A stretch of DNA of 63,977 nucleotides, filler included, from Cladosporium halotolerans (lineage: Eukaryota): NCBI RefSeq assembly GCF_011745625.1. It is 7 parts of 7 records of this genome, joined end to end, with 100 filler letters (N's around TTAATTAATTAA, not from the genome) between each part and the next. Parts side by side here need not be neighbours in the genome. Positions count along the whole stretch, not along the records: positions 1 to 9,442 come from NW_027191606.1; positions 9,543 to 18,858 come from NW_027191607.1; 5 more parts are not named here. The stretch is one strand, 5' to 3'. This document shows, one piece after another, positions 1-11,509 of this stretch. Within the stretch, counting starts at the first letter, position 1; the number at the start of each line of letters is the position of its first letter. A model generated the notes under the pieces. The model did not search any database. It was given only the letters and a program-made list of their open reading frames with translations, and had not been told where the DNA came from. The position numbers and the translations under genes were made by a program.

Positions 1-3000
1 ATGGTGTGTCTGCTCCCCGCGGCATCTGTGGTCGTAGCTTGCTCATTGTAGTAGAACAACAAGGCCACGAGATGATGCGCTAAGCTCCGTACGGCGGTAC
101 ACCTGTGCGACTCTTGCAGTTTTTCGCCGACCAATCCGGAGATTCTCTGGATTTGACTGTCGCGGTCTTGAGCCGGAGGCGCTTCTTTCCCCAGATCGAC
201 GTTGAAGCGGACCCGTCTCCCACGCGGGGCTTTGGATGTTTCCGAAGCCGGCTGGGAAGCAAACTCTTGCCACGTGCGTTCAGCTTCGAGCACGTCGTTG
301 TCGCTCCTGAGCCACCATTTGGCCATACTTGATGCGTCAGAGATACCGTTCCGGAGCCATTGAGTATTACCTGGCGCATCGCCGGTCTTTGGGCCCTTCA
401 AAAGCTCCGCCAGGACTGCTGCGCGATTCTGACCAGTTCCGAGGGACAAAATCAGATCGGGCTCGGCTATATCGGGCCATATCTTGCGTGCTTCGGCGCG
501 TGCGGCAGCGGCGAGCTTCACGCGGTCGGCCCTGATTCCAATGAACTGTCTGCCAGAGATTGAAGGTAATGTTCCGAAGTATCGAGGATCTGCCATCGTT
601 GCGTAGACGGCTTGCCAGGTCTTCATCTCACCGGCGGGATCATTTGGACGATCGTACTCGTAATCGCTCGCACTGTCAGTATTGTGCTGAATCTCGCAAG
701 CATCATCCGGCTGCGGCCTGCGGTAATTGCTGAGCAGCGTCGTTCTGTTGTTGGTCAAGTTGATAGATGTGACCGCAACTCTAACGTCGGGTCGGAATTG
801 GTCCATCTCTCCAAAAAAGTCTTTCTTCTCACCAAACTCACTTTTGAGGGCTTCGCGTATGCCCGACCTCCCGTATTGCGGACGGGAGCGTAGTGCACGG
901 GATACGCGATGGATCAGCGCGACGCCTGGTGTTTTCACACTGTAGGATTGTCTGCATATGGTACCGAAGGCCTCCTGGCACTGGTCCAAGGACGTCTTCT
1001 CTTTCGAAAGGGCCACCGCGATGAGACCGCCAGTTCCAGACCCGACCATCAAGTCGAAAAGAGCCTGCACTGGGAGGTGTCCATCCAACGCTTGCTCAAT
1101 TGCGCGTAGGATCTCCAACTGCACAATTCCGCGGATGCCTCCCCCGTCCAGGACGAGCACGCGCACCCCTGCCCCTCGAGGCTTATACTTGACCACTTTT
1201 GGTTGCGTCCATCGGGTCGCATGCTGGTGGAGGGGACACCATGAGATCAGCAAGGTAGACTGTGTTAGGTCGCCGCACGCGCGCGCGCATCTGTCGCACA
1301 ACGCGTGACCGCAAGGGAGAGAGTGCTGTGGCACATCCATCAAACAACAAAAGCAAGTGGAGTGACTGCGGATCCACGTCGCCGGCCCCACAAAGCGGTA
1401 GAAACTGTCCAGTCGATCGACGTGTATGGCGAAAGCAATCGGCTCTTCCGCGTACACTGTGCGCTTCGACGTCATCGCGGCGAGATCCAGCTCTTTGGAG
1501 AATATTCGGTGTAGATCGTTGATGGCGGTCTCTAGTTGTTTCAGGCACTTCTGAGCAAACCCTGTTTCGAGAGCGGACTCGTAGTGCCCAGCTGCTATGA
1601 TTCCACTTTCATCCTGATGGCCTTTCGTTTGGTGTCGAGCTTTCACCAAGTTGCATCCCCGCCGCCCGTCCGTACTGACAAACGAGCAAGGATAGTGTAG
1701 CTGGAAGTATTCGGTCAGGGCGAACTCGAAATGGTGGGCGTAACTTTTGAACAACTCGTGCAGCTGTCCTTTGCGGAAGCGGGCGCAGTCCAGCAGAACG
1801 CAAGAGGCCAGCACAACATTGAGTTTGCCAAAAACCGACTCGACTCTCGCAGCATCTCGTGACGGCATCCGAGCGCTCAGGCTCTCGCACAGCTGTAGAA
1901 TGTGCCCACCAAAATCTCGAGGTATCGGGTTCCGCCGCAGTGACACCTGCATGAAATTGAAAGGCACCTCGATGTGAGTGGTGAAATGGTCGAAGCCGCT
2001 CTAGATGTACAGGTTCAGCTCATCGGCATCGAGCAGCAGGCGAGCGCGTCGCTTCGCCTCGTGCGACGCCCGGCAATTCGCGTGAATGGCTGCATGCAGC
2101 TTGTCCACTTGCTGACTGATCAACATGTATTGCGGTGCGGCGGGAATGCGTACGACTTTGAAGGAGGCATAGTAGCACAGTATGAGGTCGTTGACGGAGT
2201 TGATCTCTCTTCCGAGACCACGCCAGTGGTCAGCGAGCTGGCGGAACCGGGCCACTCCCTCGATGCGATCGAAGGCGTTGCTGACAGACGACAGGAGGCT
2301 CTGCGTGGCGTGGCTGCTATCCCACTGGGCAGATTCGATGCCAGGATGGCTACCGTTGAGCACTACTATGCAGTGCGGCAGGGTCGGCTGGTTTATCGAC
2401 TTCTCCAATGCGGCTGCCCCCCAATCCAAAAGCTTCGTGAGCGCAGCCGAGCCAAAAGTCTTTGGATTCCGCAGCACGAACGCGACGCAGTCAGAGAAGC
2501 TGTATAAGAGCCGCGGGTATAGCACGGTCACTGCGTACTCTCGTCGACGATGCTCTTCTGTGTCTGCCCACCTGATCCGCCGCGTATTGACCCAAGCTCT
2601 TGTTGCGGCACTTTGGCTTTCTTGAGAGCCAAGCTGAGACTGCGAGCCCAGAGGAGATCGTTCGCCCCCTTGGAAGCCTTCGCAATCGGCGTACAAGATG
2701 GGCAACGGGTCTGCGTGAGTTGCGGGATCAGCGTAAAGGTGGACGTCGCCTGAGGTGGCGAGGCTATCGTTGACAGCGCTACCAACGACGGGGGACGGAA
2801 ATCCGATGCTGGAACCAAGTGTCTTTTCGCTCTTTTCGCTCTTGTCGTTTTTGTCGCTCTTGTCGTCTTGATACCACTGTCATTTTTGTAGCCGTGTCCG
2901 CCGTGAACCAACATCTTGATCAGAGTGGACTTCCCGGCGTTGGTGACACCGACGAAAGAGACAAGCTGTGGATAACGAGTCTTCATGCTAGTCGATCGCG

Positions 3001-3435
3001 CAATATCGGAGACGAGTGTGAGATAGCGTCCGTAATCGTCGAACAGCACTTGATCTTCTTTGTCCCGAGTCACGCCGAACCATTTGGTCCATTCGTCCTC
3101 TTGGTGAGATTTCTGGACAACCAAAGGATCCGTTGATGGGTTTAGTATACCTTTCAATCGCCGGATGACGCCCAGATCTACCTTCTCGTGCGGTAGGCCT
3201 TCGGGTCCTCTCTTCTTGGGTCTATGCGGACCTTGAAGAGCCCAGCAGTGACTGGTGGAGCATGTCAGCGTTCGACTTCCTCGCGGCGTTTCCTCATCTC
3301 GTACCTGCAGTATGTGCTGTCGCAACGAACACAGTACGACAACTCAGTCGCTTGAATGCGGCTATCGATGCATCGTCCATCCTCGCAAACCCCTTCGACA
3401 TCTCTCTCGGTGTCATCGGTAGACGTTGCCGTCAT
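1..3435 (-). pseudogene. Zn-finger + P-loop GTPase-like + RING-like + patatin-like phospholipase (PLP) gene; disrupted, runs off the left edge
   Basis: Manual translation. Exon 1 and intron 3252-3304 (GTACGA..CTGAC..CAG) give CVRCDSTYCSHCW. P-loop VSFVGVTNAGKSTLIK. Frameshift near 2870, then PILYADCEG. In-frame TAG at 2001-2003, then an open frame to base 1 with CFCC..PCGHALCDRC and patatin VLVLDGGGIRG..FDLMVGSGTGG..LILSLGTG. Confidence 0.85.
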
Positions 3436-4109
3436 TGCTGCGTCTCTTGCACCAAGCTGTTCCTTCAGAATGTTCGAATGAAAAGGAGCGCAAGGTAAAG
3501 GCATCGAAAGATGGTGCTGTATCAAAGCAAACAGGGAAATAGTTTGGGACACCACAGCTCTTGCAGACCATGTGATATATCGGCCGAGGACACGCAGCGG
3601 TCGCGGTCGCTCGGAAGGCGATAACTTGGTGAGCCTATCGAGCGGAGCCTCGCCGCCAAACACGTCGCCTTCCACGCCTGATGAGCGACAGGTTCACATG
3701 TCAGTGGAGATCACTCGACGCACGAGTTTGCTCAGGATGTATGCGAAGCTAGCGGGTTCAACAAAGACTGTATTTCCGATCGATACGGTCACGTTACCAG
3801 TCCCCGACGCTTTACCATCTTTGTCTGAAAGGCGATCATGCAGTATTAGGTCGCACCTGCTACAGTACTGTACTAATCAATGAGGTACTGTTCTAGTGTA
3901 CCGATAGACCAGCTAGGGCTGGTGGATGAAGACCATGTGAAATAGCGCCTCGCTGCAAAGATGCACTTCCGGTCAGAGCTATTTGTCTAGAACGCTACCT
4001 TGGTTCAAATGCCATTACCACACTCGTTCTGCTCGAGAATTCTTGCTGTCGCTTTCGTACCATGTGCAGAGTCCTTGACTGTGTGCGACTGGCTTTCCGA
4101 CACTCTGCG

Positions 4110-4294
4110 TTACTTCCTCAACGAGTGCTCGGGAATGAAGGCAGTGTCCAAAGTGTAATCACCGATCGTCAGGCTGAGCAATAATCCGAAGAAGCCAACG
4201 CCAGTGGATGTAGCGAAAAGCATCTTGAGCGCCCAAGCATAGGCTCCCCGGAGCTGCATCTTCGGCGAATTCTCACTTGATAGTGCTTGCAGTA
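4110..4294 (-). pseudogene. Possible C-terminal remnant of an MFS transporter adjoining the pogo insertion
   Basis: LRGAYAWALKMLFATSTGVGFFGLLLSLTIGDYTLD resembles the last TM helix of fungal 14-TM MFS proteins. No clear upstream part was found. Confidence 0.35.
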
Positions 4295-6435
4295 GAAGCT
4301 TTCCCGGTGTGGGGCACATCCCGACGTCGGGCACACCCCGGCGTACGTGAACAACACCACCTTCTCGGTCTCAAGCATCGTCAAATCTTGATCAATTGAG
4401 CTAAAACCCCGAGAGGGCGTAGAGAAAGGCTTGGTTGTGATGTTTGTGTAATCACTTTTCCTCAAAGCGAGCCGGTTTCTTGATGGTACGTCCACGCCTT
4501 GACCTTGGCCGGATCGGCACCATCTCCTCGGTCAATTCGACTGTAGCCGAAGCGGCCGTGCTAGACGACTTCTGCTTGGCTGGTCTACTTCTATGTCTCT
4601 TTCGCCGCGCTGCGGACTCTATTTGAAGTTGCTTTCGAGCGTTCTTGGCCTCCCTGGCTTGCTCCCTTTGGGCCTTCTTGAGAGCGTGCTCGGCCTTTCT
4701 TGCTTCAGCACGCGCAGCTCGCTCTTCACGCTTGCGCTGAGCTTCCAACTCCTTCTGCACTTTCGCCGCAGCTCTAGCTTCAGCTCTGGAGACCTTTTCT
4801 AGAGCCTCGCGTTCTTTGGCAGCCTCCTTGGCGTCCTGAAGCTCTCTGGCCCTTCGAATCTTGGAAGGGCTGAAGAACAGAGCGCCGATGCCCTCATCCG
4901 CTCTGAGCTCCTCAGTAAACGGCTGCCGACGCTTCCTTTTCTTCTTCTCTCCATTGAGAACCTCGGCATAGCCTTTCTCGCGGTCTTCCGCCAGCCTGAG
5001 CTTGGCGGACAAGGTGATGCATGCTCCGCCTAGTTTTCTGATGATTTTCGCGGTCTCAGTGTCTCTCTCGGCCACTGCTTCGTTGACGATCCTCCTGATG
5101 GTTCTCTGCGCCGACGGTGTGTCCAAGCAGCTGCTTGAGTGTCTCGAGGGTACCAGTTCGACTTGGGAGGCCTCAGGATGGTCCCCTCGCTGCTCATCGA
5201 AGATCTTGAGCACCTGGTTCGAATCGAAGGGTTCGATGCCCGTCCTGCGCCATCCAGACCTTACGTTGGCTTCTGTAAAGGCTTTGTCGAAGGCCGAGTA
5301 GAAGTTCTTGAAGAAGTCTCGCTTGGTGACACTCGCAATGCCTTGAGACAGCCTAGAGTGAGCGTCTAGCTCCTGACTGTAGTGCGTAGCCAAAGGCCCG
5401 AAGAGACTGACGTCCAAGGGCTGCAGCCTGTGCGTCGAGTGAGGAGGAAAGACTGCCACCAGTATCTTGTGACTCCGGCACCACTCCAGGAAGCTCAACG
5501 TACAGTGCGAGCCATGGCCGTCGAGAATGAGAAGTCTCCAGTCTCTACCAGCCTTACCGGCAGTCTGCTTGTCGAATAGGCTCTGCAACCAGCTCAGAGC
5601 AAGTTCATTATTCGTCCATCCATTAGGTGAGCTCGCGAACCAGCAAGGATGCTCCTGTGGGTCGTGGTCCTGCAGCCAAGAGTCCTGGAGGTCGCCGCTG
5701 ACCGCCTTGTAGATCAAAGCTGGTGCTAATGAGCTTCCGTCTGCACAGATAGTCGCAATAAGAGTGATCCACTCTCTCGAACCGTCCTGCCCTGCGCCTA
5801 GTAGCCTCTGTTGTCGCACGAGAGCTCTAGGAAAGACCCTCTTGACTTTCTGTAGGTGGCCGATGAGGAAGCCTTTCTCATCCATGTTGTAGCAATTGTG
5901 AGGCTGTATGCTGTACTGGTCAATCTTCTGCCTCAAAGTGGAGAAGTACTGTCTATATGAAGCCGCAGAGTCGGCCTTGTGTCGTGAGAGGTCGATGGTG
6001 TTGAGGTATCTGCAATCCAAGACATCCTCGTGTCTGGCTTTGAAGTCTGCAGACCAGTTTTTGCCGGGCTGCTTGCCACATACATAGGAGGCCCAGAGAG
6101 TTACCATTGCCGGCGTAGGCGGCAAACACCAGTCACAGAGCTTTTGTATCTCTTTCACAAGCACCAATTCTTGCTTGTTGGCTAATAATTGCTTTGTCTC
6201 GTTAGCCTTAGCTACAGAGACTCTCTTTCCACGGAAGTGCTTGCTAAGCACTGATCTCTCAACATTAAACATTCTAGCTGTTTCAGAAACATTGGGCTCA
6301 TCGGCGCTTTTCAGAAACGCGACTGCTTCATTGATAGCTGCCATGGTCGCAGAGTGAACGCGTGTTGAAGCGGTATTGTTTACAGCTGTGGAGGTGTGCC
6401 CGACGTCGGGATGTGCCCCACACCGGGAAAGCTTC
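4295..6435 (-). mobile_element. pogo/Fot1-like Tc1-mariner DNA transposon, apparently intact
   Basis: Perfect 43-bp TIRs GAAGCTTTCCCGGTGTGGGGCACATCCCGACGTCGGGCACACC at 4295-4337 and 6393-6435, flanked by TA at 4293-4294 and 6436-6437. Confidence 0.95.
4452..6344 (-). CDS. pogo-family DDE transposase (630 aa)
   Basis: N-terminal HTH/CENP-B-like region. Catalytic motifs NMDEKGF, LILDGHGSH and QPLDVSLF. Basic coiled-coil tail. Uninterrupted ORF. Confidence 0.95.
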   Translation of the reverse strand: MAAINEAVAFLKSADEPNVSETARMFNVERSVLSKHFRGKRVSVAKANETKQLLANKQELVLVKEIQKLCDWCLPPTPAMVTLWASYVCGKQPGKNWSADFKARHEDVLDCRYLNTIDLSRHKADSAASYRQYFSTLRQKIDQYSIQPHNCYNMDEKGFLIGHLQKVKRVFPRALVRQQRLLGAGQDGSREWITLIATICADGSSLAPALIYKAVSGDLQDSWLQDHDPQEHPCWFASSPNGWTNNELALSWLQSLFDKQTAGKAGRDWRLLILDGHGSHCTLSFLEWCRSHKILVAVFPPHSTHRLQPLDVSLFGPLATHYSQELDAHSRLSQGIASVTKRDFFKNFYSAFDKAFTEANVRSGWRRTGIEPFDSNQVLKIFDEQRGDHPEASQVELVPSRHSSSCLDTPSAQRTIRRIVNEAVAERDTETAKIIRKLGGACITLSAKLRLAEDREKGYAEVLNGEKKKRKRRQPFTEELRADEGIGALFFSPSKIRRARELQDAKEAAKEREALEKVSRAEARAAAKVQKELEAQRKREERAARAEARKAEHALKKAQREQAREAKNARKQLQIESAARRKRHRSRPAKQKSSSTAASATVELTEEMVPIRPRSRRGRTIKKPARFEEK

Positions 6436-9108
6436 TAGCACCGTCGCACGCCGGCAAGTACCCGGGGTGTTTGACCGTGATACGCTGTATGAAGGAAGGT
6501 GGAAGCATATGGCTTGTGGGATGGCAGTTGCTATGCCTGGTATAGCGCGGGCGCTACGTGCTTGCGAGTAGCATGTTAAGGTGTCAAGAATTCTTCTTGA
6601 CAGATAATGCGGGAATAAGAATCGCACGATGATGGTAGTGTTTGCAATCACTCGTAAACAAAGCTGTTCACAGCAGGCCTGAATCGAAAAAGGCTCGGAT
6701 CGGGCCGTTCATCAAGCCACAGGGTAACGTACATGCTTTGCAATACGCATGACACGCGGACACAATTTGTCAGCTTTTCAGCATCTTATTTCTCAACTTA
6801 TTTCTTTGTTGCTCACATTCTTGAAATTGTTATACGGTGCTCTTCCACGAGTACGGGGATCCCCAGGAGTCTCTCTTTTTGGAGTCTAGCTCTGAGAAGC
6901 TCCAATCCATTCTCAAACGTTCGATCAAGCGTGAACAAAACGTGAAAAGGCGTCCGAGGACAGTACCGCAGGCATTGAAAGTGTGCGCTCGATACGACCT
7001 TCCCAAGAACCACCGACAGCGCGAACAATGCACACTCTCTCCATTATTGCGTCGAAGCAAGGTACACTCAACACACCTCTCCGCAAGAACGCTGTGTATC
7101 CCAAATTGCTCTCCAGGAAACATGTGTCTGAATCTGAGATGATCCTGATCCTGGATCAATGTCGATCGAAAAGTATGCAAGCTTCATAGATGCCTAGCTT
7201 ACAGTCCGGTCCTTGATCTCCGTGCAGTCTGACAATTATGAGACCCCTAACCACCTCCCTGAGTAACCCCAAACCCTCTGATTACGCGTCGGCAGAGCCC
7301 CCCACCTTTTGTTTAGACTGCTCTATGATTGTCGTGCGAGAGCTACCCACTTATCAAAAATATTCCACCTTGCATCGAACATCTCGACTCGGAGATACAG
7401 AACATTCTAGGGTTAATGCCGAACGTAAGAAGCATCTAATGGGTCTGGACTATGTACCCAGTGTACAACTTAGACGCAAAGCACGGAGCAAAGACGTCCA
7501 CTTCGAGGTGCTGACAAGTGAAACATGTCGAGTACGATGATAAATTTAGTGGAAGGGCATCGCGTTGCAGTACAGCTGTCTCCGCGGTGCCCTTGTAACC
7601 GACGCTAATGAAAGCACGAGCAGCAATTCGGGTGCCAAGACTGCGGCTCCGCGGCCGTGCGGAGCTAGGCAACGCGATCTTCAGCGTCCCATCTTCACCA
7701 CCAATCGTCCAGTTCAGTAACTCGACGATATATCATGAGGCATTTTGCAGAGCCATAGAACTTTGACAAGTCACAACTGAGCATACAATTAGTAGCGTCC
7801 ATCCACATGTGCCGGGAATCCACCTGTGCCGGGACATTTTTTCTGATCTTCGCTCTGCATCTGTTATCCACGCCACAACTGATTGATAACCCATCTCTTG
7901 CTCTTCTCCTGTCATTTGCCTATCGGCCTGACCATGTGTCGGAGCACCGATCGCGCGGACAGCCGTCCCTTCGTCCAAATAGTCGCCGTCATCGTTCGAC
8001 GCATCTGCTTTCGAGCCTGCGCAAAGGCGACACGCGGTCTGAGTAGAGTTGAAAGTAGATGCGCTAGATGCGCTACGACGAGAAGAACGTCGTCCATTCA
8101 AATGCATCCAGCTAGAGACCGTTGACAAAGGTTGCGGCATGCAGATAAGTGCCAGACCGGTTTTTCGGCAGGATCAGCCTTCGGATACACTGACAAGGGC
8201 CAGACGCAGAGAAGCTCCGATGTCGCGACCTCTGCGTTCATTGATTCGCTCGGTCGGCACCGTGCCGCAAGGCGGGCTTGCCGTCTGTCCGTCCGCAACG
8301 AGACCGCGTCTCAGCGGTTTTGATACCAGTGCAGGCTGTTACCGTTCCGCAGGAGGCGGAGCAAAATCGTACGGAAGCTCATAGAAGGTCACCTGTCAGA
8401 GATATGGCGCTGGTAGAACCAGCGCATGCTGCTGACCTGTATTGCCTCCTTACCGTCTAAGCGTTTTGCAACTGATGTCCCATTGTGACTAGCCAATCAA
8501 GGCGGCCTTCCAGGAGACGACACAGAGGACGGCTTGCAGTGGTCTGGACTGTCGGCTCTCACGTCGTAACAGGAAACCCTGAATCTGGGCGCCAATGTAG
8601 GGCTAGATCAATCGCATACAAGTGCAATCGAGATACAAGCTGTGGACGCAGTAACGCGCTTCTGGGAGAAGCTCTGGAACGGCCTCTCTCTGCAGCATTG
8701 AAACCAGGTGTGACATGTTGGCTTCGGCTAACCGATATGAGATTGCTGCGACACCTCAGCATTGCTCCTTCATGAAGTTGCCGTTTGCTCATTGGTCGCA
8801 TGCCTGCGGGGAAGCTCAAGCGATGCACGGATTAGGCCCTGATTTCTTACACGTTCATTCAATACTGTACATAAGCGGTGCCAGGATGCAGGCGTCCAAT
8901 ATGCGAACGGGACACGGTCTAAGCCGTCTCATCCGATCGATCTGATCCTTCAGTTGCCAGGGAGTCGCGCTGCGATACATCACCAAGCAGTCTGCATTAC
9001 ATCTCTACCATATCAATTTTTGCGAGTTCTCAAACATTCACGCTAGAAGCTTTGTCTGTATCAGACACAGGACTCATTCAGATCAAATCAAATTTAATAT
9101 GCGTCGCG

Positions 9109-9442
9109 ATGGCTAGGGAACAACGAACACCAAGGCCTCTAGCGCCTAAAACTACGACTGCTCACACGTTGGATCCTGTCTTTCGGACGATCGACGCCAA
9201 TTACAATGGCCTCCAAGCGCTGTCACCGCCGATACCGCGGGTACGGAGAAGTCAGGTCAAAGTTGCGTGTATAGCTTGCCAGAGGGGGAAAGCGAAGGTA
9301 AGTTATACCTGGAAAAAAAGAAGGCTCTAGAAGGGCTCTGACACTTCAGTAGTGCGATAGCCGGCGACCTTCTTGCGAACGTTGTGCAAAGAAGGGCGTC
9401 CTTTGCGAGTACGATGTTGAACCTGACTCGACACGTTTCGCA
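9109..9442 (+). CDS. Zn(II)2Cys6 transcription factor, 5' part (cut by contig end)
   Basis: Intron 9298-9352 (GTAAGT..CTGAC..TAG) joins ACIACQRGKAK to CDSRRPSCERCAKKGVLCEY. Confidence 0.85.
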
Positions 9443-9542
9443 NNNNNNNNNNNNNNNNNNNNNNNNNNNNNNNNNNNNNNNNNNNNTTAATTAATTAANN
9501 NNNNNNNNNNNNNNNNNNNNNNNNNNNNNNNNNNNNNNNNNN
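9443..9542. other. Artificial contig spacer (N44-TTAATTAATTAA-N44)
   Basis: Six-frame stop linker. Identical spacers at 18859-18958, 28264-28363, 37574-37673, 46735-46834 and 55443-55542. Confidence 0.98.
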
Positions 9543-9741
9543 CTACAGGAAGTGCCTTATCTCAGGCGTTTCGGTACAAAGGTGAGTAAATTACACCTTC
9601 TCCAGCAGCCTGCAATCTCCGCAGCAAAGACCATCACAAAATTCACCTTTTTACTGCAAGGTGGCAGCTCAAATTGCCTATTGCACGTTCCATTAGCCCG
9701 AAAAACCTCATACAATGCTGACGGTAACTGACATTGATTTC

Positions 9742-10470
9742 GTTTTCTTTTTTTTTTGCTTTTCAAAATCATACTGCATTTACACTAGTTGGCTTATGAC
9801 ACGTCGCCTATCTTCTTGACGGTTTCTATAGCATCCGTGTTTGCCCTTATGTTGTTCATTTTCATTACATTTATGCAAGTGTTCCTGGCTCCACCGAGCC
9901 CACGCAGCTTTGAAACGTATCCCCCTCCTGCTTTCTTGTTATTGTCACGCCTCGTCTGTCCCCTCAGTCTTCTCCGACCTACGTTGGCATCCAGTACTCC
10001 AATGTGTCCCGCTCCAGTCGTTCGATATCTGAGGAGCCATCTTGATCGCTTTCTCCAGTTGACCACTTGCGCACGTCTCTAGCGTTAAGAAATTGGAACA
10101 CTTCTGCAGCAGCCTCTCAGTTACTCCGAACGGAGTCTACAGCTCTACTCTGTCTCTCCTTCCGCTAATCAAGACCTGCTTGCTGCTCAGCCTCCTTAGC
10201 GTAGTAGCCCGCTGCCTTCGCCATACTCTACATCTGAGCAGTATGCATGACCGACTGCCACATTGCTTCACACCACCAACAGTGAGCATCGTGCGACTTG
10301 CCGACCCTCACACGGCGGACGCATGTGACTCAAAAGTAGCTGCAATTTGCTCAGTCGGTTTTTCTGTCCTCTTTATCAGACTTTCGACCAGCACGTTGCG
10401 ACGGAGGTCACTGCTGCGACCACCACTCCTAAATTTACGAAACCGTGCATGGGCGGAAGTCTCCTCTGCC
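9742..10470 (-). mobile_element. Degenerate, internally deleted LINE 3' remnant
   Basis: Minus-strand pieces VVVAAVTSVA..V**RGQKNRLSKLQLLL and DAHCWWC..RCRVWRRQR match ORF2 at 41738-45607. The 3' UTR resembles those near 47800 and 52180. A-rich tail at about 9743-9757. Confidence 0.8.
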
Positions 10471-10626
10471 ACAACCTTGAATTGACGATAAAATTACTAC
10501 GAACACGGACTCAAGAAGCTTAAGGTCTTACAGCTTGAGAGGCGCGGCTGGAGCCTGCTGAGCGCGACACTTCGACGGCAACACTAAGCACGCCAAGTCA
10601 TGTGACCATGTGCTCAGTGATCGATG

Positions 10627-11180
10627 TAACCTCTATCCGGGCGTCGCGAAAACATTGGCGTTCCGAAAGCTGTCCGCATTATAGCAGCCATAACTTCCCG
10701 CGCCTCGCTCTGCACCATACATAACTCTTTCAGTTTTTTCACCGGCACTGCGACCCTCCTCCATATGTTTCTCAGCCTTGTCACTTGCAGCGAAAGACGA
10801 TCTTGGCAGGCCGAGATGTCGTAGGGCATTGATGAAATCTCCACACTGTTTGGCAGAGACAGTCGCGACAGGTCACAAACAGTTGCAATTGATCTGAAAC
10901 ACACTCCAGGATGTCCTCCAGCTTCTAGACTGCATGACAGATCTATATTTTATCTCGATCCATGTCATATGAGATAAGGTTGCAGGGATATACAGTCGGC
11001 TGACTTGAACCTGCAGGGCAGCACCATGGCGATGATATCATCAGAAGCTAACAAATGGCCGGCGACTTAAACAGCACACTACTGAAATCGGTCAGCTGGT
11101 AAGCGGCATACTCACGTCGCGGGCCGCTAGCCGTCTATCCCCGCGCTCGCAGCATGCGACGTGGCGTCCTGGCTGTCAGG
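10627..11180 (+). repeat. Left arm of long imperfect inverted repeat
   Basis: Collinear blocks shared with the reverse complement of ~13430-13978: TAACCTCTATCCGGG, GCGAAAACATTG, CAGCCATAACTTCYCGCGCCTCGCTCT, TGATCTGAAACAYACTC, GATCTATATTTTA, AAGGTTGCAGGG, GGCGATGATATCATCA, CGGGCCGCT. Roughly 70% identity by eye. Confidence 0.9.
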
Positions 11181-11509
11181 GTCTACTGCGTTCCTCGACT
11201 TGGATGGGCCCTGCTCGAACCCATCATCTTCCTACCTCACTGCAATAGAACTCTGCCGTGAAAGCCAAAATCGCAGCTGGCTGTACAAAACTACGCCAAA
11301 AGAGTCTCATAGCTGCTAAGTCATATCGTCCATCCATTTTCTTGTGTCAATATGCGTCGGAAACCCTCTGCAATCGGGAAAGGAGGGATTTCTCAGAGGA
11401 CATGGGAGTATATGCGTCCGCAAACCAGACGCATATACAACCAGATATATCCGGACGATCATAAACATCCATACGGTGGGGTTGCTTCGCTCTAGCCGAC
11501 ATTCAGGCC

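Noticed and set aside
6837..7400. Possible decayed RING/IBR gene
   Set aside because: Cys/His pattern is scattered over frames and cannot be supported by eye.
7733..8140. NACHT-like N-terminal motif (WITD..IPGTCGW)
   Set aside because: No P-loop or continuous frame follows; too degenerate to call.
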